The position numbers and the translations under genes were made by a program. A stretch of 34,402 nt of DNA from an uncultured Planctomycetota bacterium (lineage in GTDB: Bacteria; Planctomycetota; JAJSAM01; JAKLKS01), in the NCBI GenBank assembly GCA_964633345.1, contig CAZWGT010000002.1, forward strand, positions 1 through 34,402, given 5' to 3'. Of the stretch, positions 9,269-15,608 are shown piece by piece. Numbering within the stretch: position 1 is the stretch's first letter; every line of letters starts with the position of its first letter. The notes beneath the pieces were generated by a model that saw nothing but the letters and a program-made list of their open reading frames with translations, was not told where the DNA came from and searched no databases.

Positions 9269-9885
9269 TCCGGCTGGCCGTCGTGGCCGGGGCGCTGCTC
9301 CTGTGGTTCTGGACCCAGAGGCTGCTCGGCCGCCGCCCTCCCCCGGAGGGGACGGTGGGGGACCGCGTCCACGGGTGGACGGCCGCCCTGCACGCCCGCC
9401 TCCTCGCCCGGCCCCGCGCCGCCGACGCGACCCTCGTCGCCTCCTCGCTCCTCATCGACGCCGTCGGTCTCTCCCTGGTGGCGGCCTCCCTCCTCGGCCC
9501 CACCTTCCGCCCCTTCCTCGCGCTCATGGTCGTGTTCACCCTCCGCCAGGCCTGCCAGGCCCTCTGCACCCTGCCCGCGCCGCCGGGGATGATCTGGCGC
9601 GACCCGGGGTTCCCGACCCTCCTCGTGACCTACAAGGTGGGGAACGACTTCTTCTTCAGCGGCCACACGGCCATCGCGGTCCTCGGCGCCCTCGAGGCGG
9701 CGCGGTCCGGGCCCCCCTGGCTGGCCGCCGCCGCCGCGGCCGTGGCGGTCCTCGAGGCCGGCGCCGTCCTCGTCCTGCGGGCCCACTGGACGATGGACGT
9801 CCTCGCGGGGGTCCTCGCGGCTGTCCTCGGCGACGCCCTCGCCGCGCGGGCGGCACCCTTCGTGGACGGGTGGCTCGGGCCCTGA
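9265..9885 (+). CDS. PAP2_C / sphingomyelin-synthase-like phosphotransferase, small 4-6 TM membrane protein
   Basis: GTG 9265 overlaps the MMPL stop (GTGA). Motifs GNDFFFSGHT and HWTMDV match the SMS D3 (CGDxxxSGHT) and D4 (HYTxDV) motifs. Preceded by LRQACQALCTLP (D2-like R...T.LP). Confidence 0.8.
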   Translation: MIRLAVVAGALLLWFWTQRLLGRRPPPEGTVGDRVHGWTAALHARLLARPRAADATLVASSLLIDAVGLSLVAASLLGPTFRPFLALMVVFTLRQACQALCTLPAPPGMIWRDPGFPTLLVTYKVGNDFFFSGHTAIAVLGALEAARSGPPWLAAAAAAVAVLEAGAVLVLRAHWTMDVLAGVLAAVLGDALAARAAPFVDGWLGP

Positions 9886-9936
9886 CGGGGATTCGCGCCC
9901 GCCCGCGGGGCCGTCCGGGAGCGGTACCGCCCCGCC

Positions 9937-9968
9937 GATGGCCATCCATTGTTTGGATGGATGGCATC
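9937..9968. promoter_or_regulatory. AT-rich imperfect palindrome upstream of the selenoprotein candidate
   Basis: GATGG-CCATCCA-TTGTT-TGGATGG-ATGG-CATC. 7-bp perfect inner stem (9942-9948 / 9954-9960) plus a 4-bp outer stem. Lies in the 173-nt gap 9886-10058 and is one of the few AT-rich spots in the window. Confidence 0.25.
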
Positions 9969-10058
9969 GAAGAACGCCCCGTTCCCCGCGGGGGATCCTT
10001 CTTCCCCGCGACCATGGGTCGGACCGAGACTCGTCGCCGTCCACTGGAGGGACCAACC

Positions 10059-11042
10059 ATGAGGCGCACCCTGGCGGCCGCGCTCGCCGGGATCCTGCTC
10101 GCGGCCGCGGCCGGATCGGCCGCGGCGGCGCAGGACCCGGGCGCCGAGAAGAAGGCCAAGCAGCAGGCCGAGTTCAAGGCGAAGCTCGAGGCGAAGCTGA
10201 AGGAGCCGTGGCTCGTCGACTACGGCTGGATGACCGACTACGACAAGGCGCGGGAGAAGGCGGCGGCGGAGAAGAAGCTCATCGTCGCCTACTTCACGCG
10301 CTCCTACTCGCCCTGACCGCCCTGCGAGCAGCTGGAGGGCAGTGTGCTCTCCACCCCGGAGTTCAAGGAGTTCGCCAAGGACGTGGTCCTCTTCACCAGC
10401 ATCATGTCCCGCGTCGAGGGGGACAAGTACCCGAACCTGCTCTCCGAGAAGGGCGGGAACGGCTTCCCCTACGTCGTGGCCATGGACGCGAAGGGGGAGG
10501 TCCTCTCCGACCTGTCCTCCCGGTCGGTGGACGGGTTCAAGGCGATGATGAAGGGGGCCGCCGACTACCAGGCCCTCCGCGCGAAGAAGGACCACACGCC
10601 GGCGGAGCAGCTGAAGCTGCTGGGCCTCGACCTCGCCCGCGGCCGCATCAAGGGCCCCGAGTACCGCGAGCGGGCCGCGAAGATCGATGGCCTCGACGAG
10701 GCGGCGATCCAGGAGCGCACCGCGACGATCCTCCACCTCGACATCGCCGCCGAGCTGGAGAAGATCCGCAACGCCGGCGGCCCGGCGCCGGAACTCCGGC
10801 ACGAGGTCGGCGGGAAGTTCGCCGGGTGGCACAAGGCGGGCCTCGGCCCCAGGGACCCGCGGTACGCCGGCTCCTTCTACGAGCTCATCATGAACTACGC
10901 GGAGAAGGAGAAGGACGCCGAGCTGTTCGGCGCCGCCCTCGCGAAGCTGAAGGAGTTCTTCGGGGACCAGAAGCGCCTCGAGGGCTACTTCAAGGGCCTG
11001 CAGGAGAAGCTGGACAAGCTCAAGGCCGACGCCGGGAAGTAG
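10059..11042 (+). CDS. Secreted thioredoxin-fold protein with in-frame TGA (10314-10316) at the first position of the CxxC motif (U-P-P-C); candidate selenoprotein with a helical C-terminal domain
   Basis: ATG 10059 with GGAGGG 10046-10051. Signal peptide MRRTLAAALAGILLAAAAGSAAAAQ. Translation reads ...KKLIVAYFTRSYSP[TGA]PPCEQLEGSVLSTPEFKEFAKDVVLF...NGFPYVVAMDAKGEV (cis-Pro loop). ORFs 9303-10316 and 10344-11042 share one frame (10344 minus 10059 = 285). A hairpin lies 16 nt after the TGA. Confidence 0.65.
10333..10353 (+). promoter_or_regulatory. Candidate bacterial SECIS-like hairpin
   Basis: UGGAGGG-CAGUGUG-CUCUCCA: 7 bp (one G-U) with a 7-nt loop containing GU. The stem begins 16 nt 3' of UGA 10314-10316. 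Confidence 0.45.
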
Positions 11043-11048
11043 GAGCCG

Positions 11049-11825
11049 TCAGCGCACCAGCGTGGTGACCATCCTCGCCGCGACCGCGACGGCCGCGGCG
11101 AGGAACACCCACCGGAGGAAGCGCGCCCCCTTCGCGATGGCCATGCGCGACCCGCACCAGCTCCCCGCGGCGTTGGCGGCCGCCATCGGGATCGCCACCG
11201 GCCACGCGACGAGCCCCTTGGCGATGAACGTCGCGAGGGAGGCGGCGTTCGATCCGAAGTTCATGCACTTCGCGTTCCCCGTCCCGACCACGTAGTCGAA
11301 GCGCAGGAACCGCACCATCGCGAAGACGAGGAAGGACCCGGTCCCGGGCCCGAAGAACCCGTCGTAGAAGCCGATGAGGACCCCGGCGGCCGCCGTGATG
11401 GCCAGATTCCGGGGCGTCGGCCCCTCGAAGGCGCTCTCCCCGCCGAGGGACCTTCGGAAGAACATGTGCAGCGCCGCGGCCACGAGGAGGACGCCGAAGA
11501 TCGCCTCCGCGAGCCCCTCGTCCGCCCTCCCCAGCCGGGCGAGGGCCAGCGCGCCGGACACCGCCCCCGCGGCGGCCGCCGCCGCGCCGAGGCCGGCGAT
11601 CCTCCGATCCACCTTCCCCTTCCACAGGAAGGTCAGGGTCGCCGTGACGGAGCCGGCCGTGCCCACGACCTTGTTCGTCCCGCCCACCAGGGGCATCGGG
11701 AAGCCGAAGGAGGCGATGGCGGGGACCGTGAGGATCCCTCCGCCGCCGGCCATCGCGTCGATCCACCCCGCGGCGAAGGCGACCGCGGTGCAGAGGGCGA
11801 CGTGGAGAGTTTCGGGCTCGGGCAC
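11049..11825 (-). CDS. TauE/SafE (DUF81) family anion/sulfite exporter-like permease
   Basis: Typical strings AGWIDAMAGGGGILTVPA and IGFYDGFFGPGTGSF. The ORF is open to ATG 11939, but the first 38 codons are R/P-rich. GTG 11825 gives about 258 aa, which fits the family and avoids overlap with the divergent gene. The start is uncertain (11825 or 11939). Confidence 0.75.
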   Translation of the reverse strand: MPEPETLHVALCTAVAFAAGWIDAMAGGGGILTVPAIASFGFPMPLVGGTNKVVGTAGSVTATLTFLWKGKVDRRIAGLGAAAAAAGAVSGALALARLGRADEGLAEAIFGVLLVAAALHMFFRRSLGGESAFEGPTPRNLAITAAAGVLIGFYDGFFGPGTGSFLVFAMVRFLRFDYVVGTGNAKCMNFGSNAASLATFIAKGLVAWPVAIPMAAANAAGSWCGSRMAIAKGARFLRWVFLAAAVAVAARMVTTLVR

Positions 11826-11865
11826 GGGCCCCGGAGGATACCGGGGGCGCGGCGGAGGGGGACCC

Positions 11866-12855
11866 GTGGAACCGAGCAGGCCGAGGCCGGCGCGCCTCGC
11901 CGCCGCCACCCTCGCCCTCTTCCTCGTCTGGAGCAGCACCTTCCTCGCCTTCGAGGTCCTGCTCGCCCCGTCCGCGGGGCCGGCGCCCCTCGGCTGGGCC
12001 GAGCTCCTCCTGGCGCGGTACGTCCCCGCGGCGGCGCTCTGCGGGGGCTGGTGCCTCCTGTTCCGGCGCGCGGAATCGGCGGCCGTCGTCCGCCGCCACG
12101 GGGGGCGGCTCCTCCTCGCGGGCCTCCTCTGCGTCCCGGGCTACAACGGGCTCCTCTACCACGGGATGGAGGGGCGCGTGGAGGGGCCCATCGCGTCGGT
12201 CCTCACCTCGCTGACGCCGCTCTACCTCGCGGTCCTGGGGGCGGCCTTCCTCGGGGAGGCGATGACGGCGCGCAAGGTGGCGGGGCTCGTCCTGGGGTTC
12301 GGCGGGGTGGCCGTGCTGGCCTCGGCGAAGGAGGGGGCGGGCGCGCCGCGCGCGGTCCTCGTGGCGGAGGTGGCCCTCGCCCCCCTGTGCTGGTCGGCCT
12401 ACTCCGCCCTGACCCGCCCGGTCGCGAGGGAGCACCCGCCCGTGGTGTGGACCTTCCTCGTGCTCGCCGCGGGGGGGCTGCTCTCGACCCCGCTGCTCCT
12501 CGTCGCGGACGCCGGGCGGGTCGCGGCCCTCGACGGGACCGGCCTCGCCCTGGTCGCGGGCCTCGTTCTCCTGGCCACCGTGTTCGGGTTCGCCGTCTGG
12601 TCCTGGCTCCTCCGCCACCTGCCGGCGAGCACCGTCGGCCTCACGGTCTTCCTCAACCCGCCGATGACGATGGCGTCCAAGACCGCCCTCGCCGCGCTGT
12701 TCCCGGCGTCCTTCGCCGTCTCCGTCTCGCCGAGGGAGTGGGCGGGCGGGGCGCTGGCGCTCCTCGGCGTGGCGGTGGCCGTCGTGCGCCTCACCCCCGG
12801 GACCGCCGCCACCACCACCACCCCGCCAGGTGGAGCAGGACCACCAGCGCCGTGA
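11866..12855 (+). CDS. DMT superfamily (EamA-like) transporter
   Basis: GTG 11866 preceded by GGCGGAGGGGG. About 10 TM helices in two halves (LFLVWSSTFLAFEV..., VFGFAVWSWLLRHLPASTVGLTVFLNP). The upstream part of the 493-aa ORF is antisense to the TauE gene and was rejected. Confidence 0.8.
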   Translation: MEPSRPRPARLAAATLALFLVWSSTFLAFEVLLAPSAGPAPLGWAELLLARYVPAAALCGGWCLLFRRAESAAVVRRHGGRLLLAGLLCVPGYNGLLYHGMEGRVEGPIASVLTSLTPLYLAVLGAAFLGEAMTARKVAGLVLGFGGVAVLASAKEGAGAPRAVLVAEVALAPLCWSAYSALTRPVAREHPPVVWTFLVLAAGGLLSTPLLLVADAGRVAALDGTGLALVAGLVLLATVFGFAVWSWLLRHLPASTVGLTVFLNPPMTMASKTALAALFPASFAVSVSPREWAGGALALLGVAVAVVRLTPGTAATTTTPPGGAGPPAP

Positions 12856-13069
12856 CGGCGAGGTAGGACCCCTTCCGCGTCTTGTGGCGGAAGAGCAGGG
12901 CGCCGAGGATCGCGCCGGGCCAGCCGCCGAGGAGTTCGAGGAGGTGGAGGGTCGCCTCCGGGATCCGCCCGCCCCCCCGCGCCGCGGCGGCCTTGTCCCA
13001 CGCGAAGGCCGCCAGCGCGACGGCGCTCATGACGGCGTACGCGGCTCCGATCGTGGCAGGGTCTCCCAT
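12791..13069 (-). CDS. DUF1294 family small membrane protein
   Basis: 92 aa. RIPEATLHLLELLGGWPGAILGALLFRHKTRK is the characteristic DUF1294 core. The 3' end overlaps the EamA 3' end by 65 nt (convergent). Confidence 0.75.
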   Translation of the reverse strand: MGDPATIGAAYAVMSAVALAAFAWDKAAAARGGGRIPEATLHLLELLGGWPGAILGALLFRHKTRKGSYLAVTALVVLLHLAGWWWWRRSRG

Positions 13070-13160
13070 GGATCCGTTCTACCCCGGACCGTGGTAGAAG
13101 ATCCCGACTCGGCGGGCCCCACGGGTGGGGGCCGGAGGCGAACGCGGACAAGGAGGTCCC

Positions 13161-13814
13161 ATGAGGACGCGCACGGCGCTGGTCGCGATGGCGATGGTCT
13201 TCGGTCTCGGCTGGACGGCGAACCGGGTCTTCTCCCAGGACGGCGGCATGGAGGGGAAGAAGCCCGAGGCGAAGGAGGAGGAGAAGAAGGCCCCCGCGGG
13301 CCCGACCGCCGAGGAGATGGCGGCCTGGGAGAGGGCGATGACCCCGGGCGAGCCCCACAAGAAGATGGCGGCCCAGGAGGGCGCCTGGGAGTCCACCGGG
13401 AAGATGTGGATGGATCCCGCCCAGCCCCCGACCGAGATGAAGGGCGCGGCGAAGTTCCGGATGATCTTCGGCGGGCGCTACCAGATCCAGGAGTACACCG
13501 GCGAGATGATGGGCATGCCCTTCGAGGGGATGTCCATCGCCGGGTACGACAACGTCCGGAAGAAGTACTTCTCCACCTGGATCGACTCGATGGGCACCGG
13601 GGTGATGAACAGCGAGGGGACGGCCGACGAGAAGGGGACCGTGACCTACCACGGCATGATGACCGACCCCGCGACGGGCGGCGACTGCAAGGTGCGGATG
13701 GTCTTCCCCGCCGCCAAGGACAAGGACTCGATCGCCTTCGAGATGTACGTGGACGACGGGAAGGGCAAGGGCGAGGTGAAGTGCATGGAGATGAACTACA
13801 CGCGCAAGAAGTAG
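13161..13814 (+). CDS. DUF1579-like secreted protein
   Basis: ATG 13161 preceded by a perfect AGGAGG (13151-13156). Signal peptide MRTRTALVAMAMVFGLGW. Also MTPGEPHKKMAAQEGAWESTGKMWMDP...FGGRYQIQEYTGEMMGMPFEGMSIAGYDNVRKKYFSTWIDSMGTG. Confidence 0.8.
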   Translation: MRTRTALVAMAMVFGLGWTANRVFSQDGGMEGKKPEAKEEEKKAPAGPTAEEMAAWERAMTPGEPHKKMAAQEGAWESTGKMWMDPAQPPTEMKGAAKFRMIFGGRYQIQEYTGEMMGMPFEGMSIAGYDNVRKKYFSTWIDSMGTGVMNSEGTADEKGTVTYHGMMTDPATGGDCKVRMVFPAAKDKDSIAFEMYVDDGKGKGEVKCMEMNYTRKK

Positions 13815-13825
13815 GAGCAGGGGGG

Positions 13826-13862
13826 AGCCCGGTCCGCCGTCCTCGCCGCGGCGGGCCGGGCT
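13826..13862. terminator. Strong GC hairpin between convergent genes (bidirectional terminator candidate)
   Basis: AGCCCGGTCCGCCG-TCCTCGCCG-CGGCGGGCCGGGCT: 14-bp stem (one G-U) with a 9-nt loop, between stop 13812-13814 (+) and stop 13861-13863 (-). Confidence 0.5.
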
Positions 13863-14415
13863 ACTTCGCGCGACGGAGCTCGAAGACCGCCGCGTGACCG
13901 GGCTTTCCTTCCTCCCAGTAGGTCCAGGTGGTCTTCACCTGGTCGGGGCCGAGAAGCTGGAACCGCGCCTCATGCATGTGCCCGTCCCCGGCCGCCATGT
14001 TGCTCCCCCGGAGGAACGCGAACTTCAGGTCCGCCGGGTCGTCGCCGGGCGCGAGGACCATGGTGGGCTGGTTCCCCGCGGCGCAGTAGTGGGTGAGGAG
14101 CAGGCGCCCCGAGTCGAGGTGGTAGAGGGTGACCATCTCGTGGGGCTTCCCGCGGAAGAGGATCTCCTCGATCGCGCTCCCGCCGGCCGTCACGCGGTAG
14201 TCAACGGTGTCGCGACCCTTCGACTCGCCCATCGAGAAGTCCCCCTCCCAGGTCCCGGCGAGGGAGGCCAGGCTCCGGAACGCGGCCTCGGACCGGGCCG
14301 CGTCGGCGGCCGCCGGCTCGGGGAACAGCGGGGGGACGTGGGTGTCCGGGTGGGCGCAGCCGGCGGCGAAGGCCGACACGGCGAGCAGCGCGGCGGCGAG
14401 GGCGCGGCGGACCAT
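13861..14415 (-). CDS. Hypothetical lipoprotein (beta-rich, possibly DUF1579/lipocalin-like)
   Basis: ATG 14415 preceded by AAGGAGG. Lipobox SAFAAGC. Protein-like composition (GTWEGDFSMGESKGRDTVDYRV...LLLTHYCAAGNQPTM). Confidence 0.75.
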   Translation of the reverse strand: MVRRALAAALLAVSAFAAGCAHPDTHVPPLFPEPAAADAARSEAAFRSLASLAGTWEGDFSMGESKGRDTVDYRVTAGGSAIEEILFRGKPHEMVTLYHLDSGRLLLTHYCAAGNQPTMVLAPGDDPADLKFAFLRGSNMAAGDGHMHEARFQLLGPDQVKTTWTYWEEGKPGHAAVFELRRAK

Positions 14416-14441
14416 GGGGGCCTCCTTCCGTGGGGGGGCAT

Positions 14442-14473
14442 TGTAAATGGGAATGGCGGCCTTGCCTTCTACA
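14442..14473. promoter_or_regulatory. Candidate BirA-type operator (bioO-like) in the bioF upstream region
   Basis: TGTAAAT-N18-TTCTACA, an imperfect inverted repeat (5 of 7 positions complementary) spanning 32 nt. It lies in the AT-richest patch of the 71-nt divergent gap, 14 nt before the bioF ATG. Confidence 0.3.
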
Positions 14474-14486
14474 CTCGGCCGACCCC

Positions 14487-15608
14487 ATGAGCCCCGGCCC
14501 CCATTCCGAGTTCGTCGCGCGATCCCTCGAGGCCTGGGAGAGGGAGGGCCTCCGCCGCCGCGTCCGGACGGCGCCCGGCCCGGGGCCGCGGACGACCCTC
14601 GACGGGCGCGCGGTGGTCTCCTTCGCCTCCAACGACTACCTCGGCCTCGCCGGGGATCCGCGCCTGGCCGCCGCCGCGGCCCGTGCCGCCGAGGAGGAGG
14701 GCTCGGGCGCCGGGGCCGCGCGGCTCATGACCGGGAGCCGCCCCTCCCACGACGCCCTGGAGCGGGAGGCCGCCGCGTTCAAGGGCGCGGAGGCGGCGCT
14801 GCTGTTCGGCTCGGGGTACGCGTGCAACGTCTCGCTGATCCCGGCGCTGGCGGGGAAGGGGGACCTCGTCGTCTCCGACGCCCTCAACCACGCCAGCCTC
14901 GTGGACGGGTGCCGTCTCTCGGGGGCGGAGATCGCCGTCGTCCCCCACGCCGACGCCGCGGCCGCGCGGGCGGCGCTGCTCCGCCCCGGGTTCCGCCGGC
15001 GCGTGCTGGTGACCGAGGGCCTCTTCTCCATGGAGGGGAGCGTCCCCGACCTCCCCGCCCTGGCGGCGGCGGCGCGGGAGGCGGGGGCGCTGCTCGTCGT
15101 GGACGACGCCCACGGCACCGGGGTCCTCGGGCCCGGCGGGCGCGGGGCCGTCGCGGCGGCGGGCCTCGCCCCCGGCCCCGACCTCCTCGAGGTCGCCACC
15201 CTCGGCAAGGCCTTCGGCGCCTACGGGGGGTTCGTCGCGTGGACCGCGGAGGGGATCGACTTCCTCCGCCACCGCGCACGGGGCTTCGTGTTCTCCACGG
15301 CCCTCCCCCCCTCCGTCGCGGCCATGGGGCGGGAGGGGATGCGGATCGCCGCGGCGGAGCCGGAGCGCCGGGATCGCGTGCTCGCCCTGGCGCGGCGGTT
15401 CGGCGGCACGACCCCCGTCGTCCCCGTGGCGGTGGGGGACGTCGCGGAGACGGTCCGCGCCTCCGAACGCCTCCTCGATCGCGGGTTCTGGGTCCCCGCG
15501 GTCCGCCCCCCGACGGTGCCCGAGGGGACGGCGCGCCTCCGCGTCAGCCTCTCCGCGGCGCACACCGAGCACGAGGTGGACGCGCTCCGGGAGGCCCTCC
15601 GTGGCTAG
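14487..15608 (+). CDS. bioF: 8-amino-7-oxononanoate synthase
   Basis: 373 aa. ASNDYLGL, GSGYACN, DALNHASL, VVDDAHGTGVLG and ATLGKAFG (PLP lysine) motifs typical of the BioF/KBL alpha-oxoamine synthase family. Operon context with bioDA and bioB. Confidence 0.9.
   Translation: MSPGPHSEFVARSLEAWEREGLRRRVRTAPGPGPRTTLDGRAVVSFASNDYLGLAGDPRLAAAAARAAEEEGSGAGAARLMTGSRPSHDALEREAAAFKGAEAALLFGSGYACNVSLIPALAGKGDLVVSDALNHASLVDGCRLSGAEIAVVPHADAAAARAALLRPGFRRRVLVTEGLFSMEGSVPDLPALAAAAREAGALLVVDDAHGTGVLGPGGRGAVAAAGLAPGPDLLEVATLGKAFGAYGGFVAWTAEGIDFLRHRARGFVFSTALPPSVAAMGREGMRIAAAEPERRDRVLALARRFGGTTPVVPVAVGDVAETVRASERLLDRGFWVPAVRPPTVPEGTARLRVSLSAAHTEHEVDALREALRG

Noticed and set aside
10059-11042. Treating this region as two independent genes (85-aa secreted peptide 10059-10316 plus 232-aa ORF from GTG 10344)
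   Set aside because: Not excluded, but disfavoured. The two pieces share one frame. The TGA falls exactly on the first redox position of a Trx fold that is complete only if both pieces are joined. GTG 10344 has no Shine-Dalgarno sequence, and the hairpin stem occupies the sequence immediately upstream of it.
12791-12855. 65-nt convergent overlap of the EamA and DUF1294 3' ends, where ACCACCACCACC encodes TTTT on one strand and WWWW on the other
   Set aside because: This follows from two low-complexity C-terminal tails in GC-rich DNA. I could find no evidence of function. Either tail may simply be non-essential read-on to the first available stop.
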